64,000 nucleotides of DNA from an uncultured Chloroflexia bacterium (lineage in GTDB: Bacteria > Chloroflexota > Anaerolineae > Anaerolineales > UBA4823), in NCBI GenBank assembly GCA_963774935.1, contig CAVZGO010000003.1, forward strand, positions 581,426 through 645,425, written 5' to 3'. Under the pieces are notes generated by a model. That model did no database searches. It was not told where the DNA came from and saw only the letters and a list, made by a program, of their open reading frames with translations. Each line of letters begins with the position of its first letter. Position 1 is the stretch's first letter. A program made the translations under genes and the position numbers. Shown piece after piece: positions 19,981-29,313 of the stretch.

Positions 19981-21583
19981 ATGCTGGTTCTGGCTCCGGT
20001 CTTATTATTCTACTCCGCCATCGTCCTGGTGTTTGCGATACACCTGTGGCGCCCAAAGTCTGGCTTGCCATGGCTGATCGCTCTGATCACTGCAATCCTG
20101 ACTTGGTTGGTTATCCTGGTATCTCGTTTACGTTTACCGGATACTTTTTTGTTCACCACAACAGAAATTCAACAAATTTTTCCTTATTCAGTCTCGCTTC
20201 GTTTAGATTTTGTCAGCTGGTCGTTCGCACTGGCAATCGTGGCTCTATTGATAGCAATGCTGTTGACCGCTCCAGTGCGGGTGGGCAATCTTTCCAACCA
20301 TTGGGATAAATGGGCGGCTGGTCTGCTCTTTTGCTCCATAGGGTATACAGCGGTCTCTTCAGGCAACCTGTATACCCTCGTAATTAGCTGGGCAGCATTG
20401 GATCTCGTCATTATCGTTCAAAGGCTGCTATCATTGCCAAAGGGCTCTGCGGCTGACCGTGTGTTTTTGGGGATTTTTCTGAGGTTAATAAGCCTGATGC
20501 TTGTGAGTTGGGCGGGCGTTACCATTGGTACTGTTCTACAACCAGTAGAGTTTTCCAATCCAGTGCCACGCCTGATATCAATGGTCTTGATTGCGGTCAT
20601 AATGCGTCTCGGTGCAGTGTTTGTTGAGGGCGCCGTTGATCAGCCTCTACCTGAAGGAAATGCACTTGGTTCCTTTCCCACATTAATTCAGGCAGCGTCC
20701 GTGCTGGTCATTCTGGTTTATATGGCCAGAGCTGACGTTTTTCCAGGAAATTCTCCGCAACTCATCTATACATTGGCGTCTGTTGCTGTTTTTTTTAGTG
20801 CTCTGTTCTGGCTGCTTTTCCGCGTCGGCTCAAGATCAGAGTATTCGTATTTCAATCACATTCGTAGCTTTTGCAATTGTTGCCACAATTGGATTGCAAA
20901 CGGATGCAGTTCTTGGGTGGTCTATTGCTCTACTTCTGGGTGGTGGCCTCGGATTATTTTATACCTATCGCCATCGAGGATTACTTCCGCTTCTAGTAAT
21001 TGGAGCGATTAATCTCTCAATGTTGCCATTCACACCGAATTGGATTGCTGCCCTGACTTATTCACCCCAAAATGCAGGCGGGCTGGCAGCGATTGGTTTC
21101 CCTTTTCTCTTAATGGCTCAGGCTTTCATCCTTGCAGGATATCTCTCTAGCGCTTTACTCTCTGCCACTTCCCAAAGAACTCTGGATCGTTGGATTTGGC
21201 TGGTCTATCCACCTGGTTTGTTGCTTCTAATCGTCGCGCATTGGATTATATTCATCTGGGGTCGTCCTGGTCTATCGCGAGGCATAGATGGTTTTCCGCC
21301 AATGAGTGCTATCTGGCCTGCTGTGATCGCGATTGTCCTAGCCGGTGTGCTCGCTCTGCTTAGAAGGCTGGATATACGACTTCCGAGCCGATGGATTCAA
21401 TTGGCACAACGAATTCTTTCCGTTGATTGGCTATTCGGTATTCTATGGTCCATTTATCGTGGGATTGGTCGCTTTTTTAACTTCATAGAACTTATCTTCG
21501 AAGGCGGTGGGGCGATCTTATGGACTTTGCTGTTCCTGGTTTTAGTCGTTGCCCTTTTTATCCAATTGTCTGGCGGGAGTTAG
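19981..21583 (+). pseudogene. Polytopic membrane protein, diverged NuoL/MrpA-like (antiporter-like) N-terminus, frameshifted
   Basis: ORFs 19981..21012 and 20783..21583 are consecutive TM-rich frames. The N-terminus follows the antiporter-subunit pattern (LRLDFVSWSFALAIV..., NLYTLVISWAALDLV) with WE replaced by WA. The junction lies in 20789..20819, which contains T8 and T4 runs. Confidence 0.55.
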
Positions 21584-21588
21584 CTACC

Positions 21589-22209
21589 TTGTTTCTGACA
21601 GTCGCCTTGCCTACGGTAATTATGCTCGCGGTTTTAGCTGTATTCTTGCTCGTCATCGAGGAATGGCGAGTACGAACCGTATTATTAGCCCTTCTCTATC
21701 TCGGGATATTCATTTTATCTGCAACAGGATTACCCATTGGTTTAGCAGTTACACACCTTCTAGCGGGTTGGACGGCATGCATTATCGTTGGTATGGCGAT
21801 CATGGCTATTCCATCAGAAGAATTAACAAAATTGGGGATTTCATCAGAAAAGTTGTCCATTCGATCCTTCAACCTGGAATCAAGACAGGTTTTTCAATTT
21901 TTATCCGCAATTTTGGTCGTGACGGCAACTTATTGGATATCTCCCCAAATGATGTCATGGATACCAGGCAGTGGCTTCGAACAGATCTGGGGTGGTCTGA
22001 TGTTAATCGCCCTGGGTATCACATTAATTGGATTCAACACTCGCCCATTTCCGGTGACTATCGGATTGCTAATAATTTTAGGCGGGTTTTTGATCATTTA
22101 TAGCATAGTAGAAAGTTCTACCCTTATCACGGGACTGTTAGCTGTTGTTATTATCGGGCTTGGGCTGGTAGGCGCATACATAATAACAGTCCAATATACA
22201 GAAGAATGA
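21589..22209 (+). CDS. Polytopic membrane protein, unknown function
   Basis: About 206-aa hydrophobic ORF. The TTG at 21589 sits just after the upstream stop (21581..21583). The ORF track extends to 21520, so the start is uncertain. The stop overlaps the next start. Confidence 0.5.
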   Translation: MFLTVALPTVIMLAVLAVFLLVIEEWRVRTVLLALLYLGIFILSATGLPIGLAVTHLLAGWTACIIVGMAIMAIPSEELTKLGISSEKLSIRSFNLESRQVFQFLSAILVVTATYWISPQMMSWIPGSGFEQIWGGLMLIALGITLIGFNTRPFPVTIGLLIILGGFLIIYSIVESSTLITGLLAVVIIGLGLVGAYIITVQYTEE

Positions 22210-23654
22210 TGACTTCACCATCGGTTTGGATTATATTCCCAGGCGTCATAGCAGTTATTCTCTTTCTAATTCGAAAGAAGAGTGGTCTGGTTAATTTCAT
22301 AGGCATCACGACAACGCTTCTACTCGCCGTTCTGGCATGGCGACTGCCGATTGACACACCTATGTCGCTTTCACCGATCTCCCAACATGAATTTATCTTG
22401 AACTCCACTTTGAACATTTACGGGCGAAGCTTCATCCTGGACAGCACATCACGTTTATTGCTGATCGTTGTTTATCTTAGCAGTGCCTTATGGTTTATTG
22501 GGTCAATTGCGGTTAAGACTTAACGAGCATTTATTCCCCTTGGCCTGGTTATCAGTGCATTATTGACCGCAGCCATTTCGGTCGAACCCTTTCTTTACGC
22601 GGCTGTACTAGTCGAGCTGGCTGCTTTGGTCAGCGTTATCGTCTTGTCTCCAGCAGGTCAGGCAGTCAAACCAGGCGTTCTGCGTTTCATTACATATCAA
22701 ACTTTAGGAATGGTTCTGCTCCTATTCGCCGGCTGGATGATGGATCAATTGGTTCTCAATCCTTCAGACGAACAATTGGAAATTCGTGCATCTATCATAT
22801 TAGGTTTGGGATTTGCGATGTTAATCTCTGCTTTCCCCTTCAGCACCTGGATTACCATGGTGGCAGAAGACTCGAACCCACTGACCGCGTCATTTATCTT
22901 CTTTCTCCCCCCTGTGATTATTACCTTAATCGGCGTCTCTTTCCTGGACCGTTATCCCATATTTCGTAGCACGCCCGGATTCACGGCAATCCTGGTTGTG
23001 CTAGGTGTTGTTATGATCTTCATTTCAGGAGTTTGGGCAGCGTTTCAACGGAATCTCGGTCGTATTTTCGGATTGGCTGTCGCAATGGAGATCGGGATGA
23101 TCCTGGTCGGATTGAGCCAATCCATTAACGCAGCGATGGTAGAACCTTTGCTTCACACAACATTGACATCTGGGAATGTTCTATACTCCTTTTTTCTTAC
23201 CCAACTCATTCCACGCGGTCTGAACCTGGCTATTTGGGCGTTATCGATGGCAATCATCCTGAGCAATACCAACAGTCTTAAATTCCGCGATATTCAGGGG
23301 GTAGCTCACCGATACCCGTTGGCGGTTCTCGGTTTTGGCGTCTCAAGTTTATCTCTGGCAGGATTTCCATTGTTTGCCGGTTATCCTTCAAGAATATCGA
23401 TCAGCTTACCGCTCGCTATTCAATCTAGCTGGCTTCCCGCTCTTATTTTCCTTGGCATGCTCGGCCTCTCAATTGCCATTATACGCAGTCTGGCGGTTTT
23501 GGTACCCAGCGGTCTTGCCTGGCAAATAACAGAAACTCGATTCCAGGTGGTATTAATTGTCCTGGGGTGCATTACGATGGTGCTGTTAGGCTTGTTTCCG
23601 CAATTATTCTTGACAGGTTTAAACCAGATAATAGGCATTCTTCCATCAGGTTAA
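22206..23654 (+). pseudogene. Diverged NuoN/MrpD-like (proton_antipo_M-like) membrane protein interrupted by in-frame TAA
   Basis: ORFs 22206..22523 and 22563..23654 are in the same frame, separated only by TAA at 22521..22523. The joined product matches NuoN order (LVELAAL, LRFITYQTLG, FPFSTWITMVAEDSNPLTA), but the conserved Lys/His positions are substituted. Confidence 0.6.
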
Positions 23655-23695
23655 CCTCCCTGATTCCATGCAGCTCCGCCGCATACCAACCCGCA

Positions 23696-23704
23696 TGCTA
23701 TAAT
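23696..23704 (+). promoter_or_regulatory. Extended -10 promoter candidate upstream of coiled-coil/selB genes
   Basis: TGcTATAAT (TG 23696..23697, TATAAT 23699..23704) with no good -35. GGAGA RBS before ATG 23751. Confidence 0.35.
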
Positions 23705-23750
23705 TTACACCAACCGACTGTTCGCCCCGGTACGATTGGAGAAATGATCT

Positions 23751-24929
23751 ATGGAGATCGAACAACTTATAAAACAGTTAAATTGGCTGGATGAAGAAAG
23801 GCGTAGTGATAAAACCCGTATCGCTTCCCTGGAAGAACGCTTGGCTTCTTTGGAAGGGAATATCCCACCCTTGGCACGACAAATGAAAGACATTGGTGGC
23901 GAGATCACACGTTTAGAAGCCTTACTAGCACGGATGGATCATTTTGACGAAGCGCTTTTACAACAAAGAGTTGAAAGTAAGCAAGTTGTCGATGAATTGG
24001 AACGGGAATTGAAAAAGCGTGATGATGAGGCGGAGAAGCTCCACCGGGTCCAATTTCGAGCGGTTGACACCTCCATAGCAGAATTTCGAAAAGAACTTGA
24101 ACAGCTTCCGGAGATCAAACGGAGTTTAAAAGCCCGAGTTGAAGAAGAAAGCCGGCTGGCGAGGTTGATAGACGAAACACGCGCAAAAATAGATACCTCC
24201 CGCCACAGCGAAGAAGAGTATACGCGCGCATTTCGCTTGCTAGACGATGGTAGGCGCCAGGATGTGAAGCGCCTGACTGATTTGCAAGGAGAAGTTGCGG
24301 CAGTACGCAAGCGTGTTGATGAAAACCGTGGCAAGATCGAGCTACTCACGACCAGCACAAAAAAGGTAGAAGTACGAGTAGGAGAGCTCGCCTCAATAGA
24401 AAGCGAGCGCAAGGAAACCCTCGAGGATTTCGTCGAGAAGCAAACACTGTACCAGGTAGAACGCGATCGTGTCTGGAAAGAATGGGAAACTCGAATTCAG
24501 AGTATTGAAGCCCACACCGCCGATGTTGAAACCAACCTGCAGACCTTAGAAGCAACCCACCGGGCGGTAAAACGCACCCAGCAAACGGTCGACGAAATTG
24601 CTCAAAAAGTCGAGCGCAGGATCAATGAGCTAACGGAAATCCAACGTTTGTCCGAAGAACGCTTCCGCCAGGAATGGGTGACATTCAAAGCAGACGACCA
24701 AAAGCGCTGGACGAATTACACGCTCACGATTGAAGAGCAACGTAATGAATCAACCCGTCAATTTGAAAAATTAACAGAAAAAGTAGCGCTGCTAGGGGAT
24801 GGCTTACAGCAAATCGAGGACCTTGTCGCGCAGATCACTGAACAATCAGAAAAAAGGTTGCAGAGCCTGCTGGCGATGTCTCATGAATGGGTAGCATCTT
24901 ACGAGCGCTCTGTCGGGCGCAACCGGTAA
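23751..24929 (+). CDS. Coiled-coil protein, unknown function
   Basis: 392 aa, extremely rich in E/R/K/L/Q with heptad-like stretches and no TM segment. Strong codon periodicity, and the antisense ORF is the usual Ser/Arg mirror. Confidence 0.6.
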   Translation: MEIEQLIKQLNWLDEERRSDKTRIASLEERLASLEGNIPPLARQMKDIGGEITRLEALLARMDHFDEALLQQRVESKQVVDELERELKKRDDEAEKLHRVQFRAVDTSIAEFRKELEQLPEIKRSLKARVEEESRLARLIDETRAKIDTSRHSEEEYTRAFRLLDDGRRQDVKRLTDLQGEVAAVRKRVDENRGKIELLTTSTKKVEVRVGELASIESERKETLEDFVEKQTLYQVERDRVWKEWETRIQSIEAHTADVETNLQTLEATHRAVKRTQQTVDEIAQKVERRINELTEIQRLSEERFRQEWVTFKADDQKRWTNYTLTIEEQRNESTRQFEKLTEKVALLGDGLQQIEDLVAQITEQSEKRLQSLLAMSHEWVASYERSVGRNR

Positions 24930-24989
24930 ATCAAACCGGATGATTAAACAATTCCGATTTCTTATGGCACGCAATCTCGGAATAATTGA

Positions 24990-26918
24990 ATGCGCGTGAT
25001 TGGAACTGCCGGCCATGTCGATCATGGAAAGTCGACTCTGGTAGAAGCGCTTACTGGCATTCATCCTGATCGTCTGAAGGAAGAGCGAGAACGCGAGATG
25101 ACGATTGATCTCGGTTTTGCCTGGACGAAATTACCGGATGGCGAAGAGATCGGGATCGTGGATGTTCCGGGACACCGAGATTTTATTGAAAATATGCTAT
25201 CTGGCATTGGGGGGATAGACGCCGTCCTATTCGTCGTCGCGAGTGATGAAGGCGTGATGCCTCAGACACGTGAGCACCTGGCAATTCTGGATCTCTTACA
25301 AATCCAAAGAGGCGTGATTGCTTTGACCAAAATTGATTTGGTCGATGACGAATGGCTGGGGCTTATCAGGGATGATATCCTGAAAATTCTTTCCGGTACA
25401 TGCCTCGAAAATGCTCCTATGGTCCCTGTCTCGGCAAGGCAAAACTCAGGATTGGAAACGCTGAAACTGGCACTGAGCGCTTGCCTGGCGGACAGCCCTC
25501 CCCGACCTAATCTTGGGCGACCACGCTTGCCCATCGACCGTGTGTTTTCGATCGCTGGATTTGGTACCATTGTTACTGGAACCCTCAGCGATGGCGAGCT
25601 AAAAGTTGGTGATGAAGTTGAGATTTTACCGGGTGGGTCGCGTGGCCGAATCCGGGGCTTACAAACCCACAAGCGAAAGGAATCTATCGCACACCCTGGT
25701 GGAAGAACTGCGGTGAACATCTCCGGTATCTCCATGGAGCACGTTGTACGCGGAGAGGTGCTCACTCACCCCGGTGTATATCAATCGTCCCGCCGGATGG
25801 ATGTTCATTTCCGCTTGCTTAAGGATGCCAGCAGTCCGCTGAAACATAATGTTGAGTTAAAAATGTTTCTTGGTGCAGCCGAAACCATTGCCCGCGTACG
25901 ATTGCTAGGAAGTGAAGAGCTGCTCCCAGGTCAGGAAGGTTGGTTGCAGCTAGAGCTCGCTGACCCAATTGTTGCTGTAAGGGGTGATCGGTTTATCCTC
26001 CGTCGGCCTTCACCAGGCGAAACCCTTGGGGGTGGCAGTATCGTTGATCCCCACCCGAAAGGCCGGCATAAGCGATTCTCCGCAGACACCATCCTCAGTC
26101 TGGAGAATCTGTCTGTGGGCACGCCAGAAGAAATTCTTATGGAAGCTCTCAATGCCTCCGGAGCAACGACGCTCAAAGATGTCATTGCCCGCGCCAATCT
26201 GGATGTTGGCAGCGGTTCAAATGCAGCAATACTCTTACAAACAACCGGTCAACTGGTCGTGCTTGATCCTGGCTCTCCCATCGAACTTAATCGAACAAAT
26301 CAAATTGAATCGAATGATCTAGTTGCCAGCCAGGCCTACGTTGAACGTGTCTCCAAACGCATGCTCCAAGAAGTACAAAATTATCATGAAACCTTTCCTC
26401 TCCGCCTGGGAATTCCTCGGGAGGAATTGCGCAGCCGGCTCAAAATCGCAACGGGGTTAACCCCGCGCATCTTCAGCTTAATTTATACCCGTTTGTTGAG
26501 TGCTGGTGTAATAATAGAAAGCGGTTTATTGATTCATACACCAAACCATCAGATTCGCTTCTCTCCTACCCAGCAGCAGACGATCACAGAATTACTTGCC
26601 TTATTTAAAAAGGCGCCTTACGCTCCACCTTCGATAAAAGAGTGCCAGGCAATGATTGGCGACGATTTATACCAGGCACTTGTAGATAACGGCACACTCG
26701 TTGCTGTCTCCTCCGAGGTAGTCTTTTTCAAGGAAGATTACACCCACATGGTCTCTGAAATCACTGGTTTAATCCGTGCAAAAGGACCCATCACAGCCGC
26801 GCAGGTCCGAGATCATTTCAATACAAGTCGCAAATTTGTTTTAGGAATTCTCGAACACATGGATGAGATCGGTGTTACAGTCCGAGAAGGCGATAGCCGT
26901 CGATTGAAAGCCGGCTAA
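24990..26918 (+). CDS. selB: Selenocysteine-specific translation elongation factor SelB
   Basis: 642 aa. G1 GHVDHGKST, G3 DVPGH, G4 TKID, EF-Tu-like domains II/III, and the long C-terminal winged-helix extension characteristic of bacterial SelB. Confidence 0.9.
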   Translation: MRVIGTAGHVDHGKSTLVEALTGIHPDRLKEEREREMTIDLGFAWTKLPDGEEIGIVDVPGHRDFIENMLSGIGGIDAVLFVVASDEGVMPQTREHLAILDLLQIQRGVIALTKIDLVDDEWLGLIRDDILKILSGTCLENAPMVPVSARQNSGLETLKLALSACLADSPPRPNLGRPRLPIDRVFSIAGFGTIVTGTLSDGELKVGDEVEILPGGSRGRIRGLQTHKRKESIAHPGGRTAVNISGISMEHVVRGEVLTHPGVYQSSRRMDVHFRLLKDASSPLKHNVELKMFLGAAETIARVRLLGSEELLPGQEGWLQLELADPIVAVRGDRFILRRPSPGETLGGGSIVDPHPKGRHKRFSADTILSLENLSVGTPEEILMEALNASGATTLKDVIARANLDVGSGSNAAILLQTTGQLVVLDPGSPIELNRTNQIESNDLVASQAYVERVSKRMLQEVQNYHETFPLRLGIPREELRSRLKIATGLTPRIFSLIYTRLLSAGVIIESGLLIHTPNHQIRFSPTQQQTITELLALFKKAPYAPPSIKECQAMIGDDLYQALVDNGTLVAVSSEVVFFKEDYTHMVSEITGLIRAKGPITAAQVRDHFNTSRKFVLGILEHMDEIGVTVREGDSRRLKAG

Positions 26919-26981
26919 TAAGGGGTGTTATAATAAAAAGGCTGGAGGTTGTCAGTCTTCAATTCAACCAGGAGATATGGT

Positions 26982-29213
26982 ATGAAAGAATCGAAACAAC
27001 CTGCAAAGGTGCAGCGACAGGTTCAAAAAGGGATCACGATCTTGCTCATGTCTATGATCGTGCTAAGCCTGTTTTCATTGAATTCCATTTATAACACTCG
27101 TGCTGCTTCTCAGATTGGCATCAGTGCTGCAGAAGATGTAACCGTAAATTTCCAATACGGTGTCTCTCCCTCGTCAAGCTACACAGGTGCGATTGACACC
27201 TATATCTCTCAACTAGCACCCAATGACCCTTTTGGTCAGGCAGCCCGACTGCTTCTGGATGGTGATGACCCAGTAGGAACTGGTAATGATATCTACAGCC
27301 TGTTGCAATGGGATGTAAGCTCAATTCCGATCACTTCTACCATTTCATCTGCCAGTATCACATTATTCGTCAACACCGCAGGCGTAAGCAATTATTCCAT
27401 CCCAATTTATGGCCTGAAGCGCCAGTGGTCTGAGAACCAGGCTACCTGGAATGTCTATTCATTCGGCAATAATTGGCAGGTACCAGGAGCTGCAGGCACA
27501 GACGATCGTTATCCTGCCGTTGTAGCCATGCTACAAGGCACCAGCACAGGATTTATAACAATACCGTTCGGGTCTGCCGGACTCGCATTGGTACAATCCT
27601 GGGTTAGTGATCCTATGACGAACCACGGCCTGATCATTTCGGATCCAGCCCTCGCCGGACGGATTGATCTGGATTCAAACCAATCCACTACCGCTGCCAA
27701 CCGGCCGAGACTGAGCTTATCCTATCAGATTCCACCAGTCCAGCAGACAGCCACCGCCGGCGCTGCAACTGCGACTGCTTCTGCTATTGCTGCTACCGAT
27801 AATGCAGCAACTGCAACAGCCTCCTTCGTCGCGCCGACTCAAACGTCCATAGCCGCCACTTCCATTGCAGGCACTGCCACCGCAATCGCCGCAGCCACCC
27901 AAACTGCAACCGCATCGATAACGCCGACCATTGTACCCAGCATCAACCTGGTTAAATCTGTCAGCCCGAGCCAGGCATCAAGAGGTGCCGCTTTCACCTT
28001 TTCCATTGGCGTAGGAAATGCGAGTGTGTTCGAAGTAAGCAATGTAGTCATCCGCGATGGACCTTTCCCGGCAACACTGACGATTACCGGCGCGCAGATT
28101 ACGCCTTCGAACTCTGGCACCTTCTCGATTAACCAGACCACACGTGTGGTATCTTTTTTCCTTGACCCGCTGTCAGCCAATGAATCGGTTACCCTGGCGA
28201 TTTACACCCAGGTCAATACGAATGCGACAACCAACACCAATGAAACCAACGTCGCAACGATGACTTACACTGCCGCCGGATTTAGCTTTTCGAAAACATC
28301 CAACTCGGTAACGTACCGGGTACTCGGTGCAACCACGCTTCCAGGCACAGGGGGGTTGCAAGCCCCAACAGATGCTGGTAATGGATTAGCTGTCATCGTA
28401 TTCGTCAGTGCAATAATCATCGCTCTCATAGGATTAGGCGCTATCGGGTTCAGCCTGTGGGCGCGCAAAAATCAACCCACCTGGAGTGGGTGGTTAATCC
28501 GCATGGGAATTTTCTTGTGTTTTGCTGGATTAATTTTTGGTGCTGGCGCATGGGCTATCGGTTTAGCGGGTCAACCAGCCGCCCCTGTAACAAGCGTGGA
28601 TAATCCGGTCAACCCAATCGCCACCAGCATGCCGGAGGAAGACCTTTCCTCTCTTTATCTTCCCACATCCACACCTCTGTCCTTACCGGATTTTCCAATT
28701 CCTACGCCATCCCTGTCCGCAGATACCGCGAATAGCGAGAACCAACCGGATACCTCACCCATCGAGCATATTTACATCCCCGGTCTCAGTCTAGACACCG
28801 TAGTCAAATATGTACCTTATGATGGTCAAACCTGGAAGATCGGCGGTCTGAGAGAAGAAATTGCATGGATGGGAGATACCTCCTGGCCTGGTCTGGGAGG
28901 AAATACAGGTCTGGCAGGGCATGTCACACTAGGGGATGGCAGCAATGGGCCGTTCTCCAATTTATATAAGGTTCAGCCTGGCGACCTGGTTATGCTCTAT
29001 ACCCAGAAGAATATCTACACCTACACAGTCAGGGAACAGAGAACAGTTGAGGATGATTCTATGTTTGTGTTGGGCCAGTCGAGCAATCCTCAGCTCACAC
29101 TCATAACCTGTTCCAACTGGGATACGAATATGCGCCTGTATTTGAACAGGCTGGTCGTATTTGCCGATCTCAAGTCAGTAGAGCCTATTCGAGGCGCCAG
29201 CCAGGGGAATTAG
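26982..29213 (+). CDS. Surface protein (DNRLRE-like + DUF11-like domains, LPGTG sorting signal) fused in-frame to a sortase domain
   Basis: ATG 26982 with GGAG 8 nt upstream. Signal anchor, then ...TNHGLIISDP...NRPRLSLSY, an Ala/Thr linker, and LPGTG at 28338..28352 followed by a hydrophobic helix and ARKN. A second TM helix follows, then the sortase motifs LAGHV, TLITCS (Cys 29109..29111) and LNRLVVFA. Confidence 0.8.
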   Translation: MKESKQPAKVQRQVQKGITILLMSMIVLSLFSLNSIYNTRAASQIGISAAEDVTVNFQYGVSPSSSYTGAIDTYISQLAPNDPFGQAARLLLDGDDPVGTGNDIYSLLQWDVSSIPITSTISSASITLFVNTAGVSNYSIPIYGLKRQWSENQATWNVYSFGNNWQVPGAAGTDDRYPAVVAMLQGTSTGFITIPFGSAGLALVQSWVSDPMTNHGLIISDPALAGRIDLDSNQSTTAANRPRLSLSYQIPPVQQTATAGAATATASAIAATDNAATATASFVAPTQTSIAATSIAGTATAIAAATQTATASITPTIVPSINLVKSVSPSQASRGAAFTFSIGVGNASVFEVSNVVIRDGPFPATLTITGAQITPSNSGTFSINQTTRVVSFFLDPLSANESVTLAIYTQVNTNATTNTNETNVATMTYTAAGFSFSKTSNSVTYRVLGATTLPGTGGLQAPTDAGNGLAVIVFVSAIIIALIGLGAIGFSLWARKNQPTWSGWLIRMGIFLCFAGLIFGAGAWAIGLAGQPAAPVTSVDNPVNPIATSMPEEDLSSLYLPTSTPLSLPDFPIPTPSLSADTANSENQPDTSPIEHIYIPGLSLDTVVKYVPYDGQTWKIGGLREEIAWMGDTSWPGLGGNTGLAGHVTLGDGSNGPFSNLYKVQPGDLVMLYTQKNIYTYTVREQRTVEDDSMFVLGQSSNPQLTLITCSNWDTNMRLYLNRLVVFADLKSVEPIRGASQGN

Positions 29214-29242
29214 TCGACGATCCAATCATTCAAGTAAATAAA

Positions 29243-29279
29243 CCTGCTTGCTAATAAATGTTAGCAAGCAGGATTTTTT
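29243..29279. terminator. Bidirectional rho-independent terminator between convergent sortase-fusion and parB genes
   Basis: 11-bp stem cctgcttgcta (29243..29253) / tagcaagcagg (29262..29272), followed by atttttta and preceded by aaataaa. Confidence 0.75.
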
Positions 29280-29313
29280 AATAAAATAGCTGATAGCGAA
29301 GTTCGAGTTGACG

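Noticed and set aside
22521-22523. Stop-codon recoding (selenocysteine) given the nearby selB
   Set aside because: The codon is TAA, not TGA. None of the other disrupted genes is joined through an in-frame TGA; they need frame changes.
23939-24412. 157-aa Ser/Arg-rich ORF on the minus strand
   Set aside because: It is exactly antisense to the Glu/Leu/Arg-rich coiled-coil gene. Its composition is the mirror image of GAA/GAG/CTN codons, and it has no start context.
25262-25765. 167-aa minus-strand ORF inside selB
   Set aside because: It is antisense to the conserved SelB domains II/III. Its Ser/Pro/Arg-rich composition is typical of shadow ORFs.
27720-27930. Repetitive gcaactgc/gccacc-rich DNA as a possible repeat array or CRISPR
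   Set aside because: It is in-frame coding low-complexity sequence (an Ala/Thr linker) with no regular repeat-spacer periodicity. The same applies to the Thr/Pro tract at 60425-60560.
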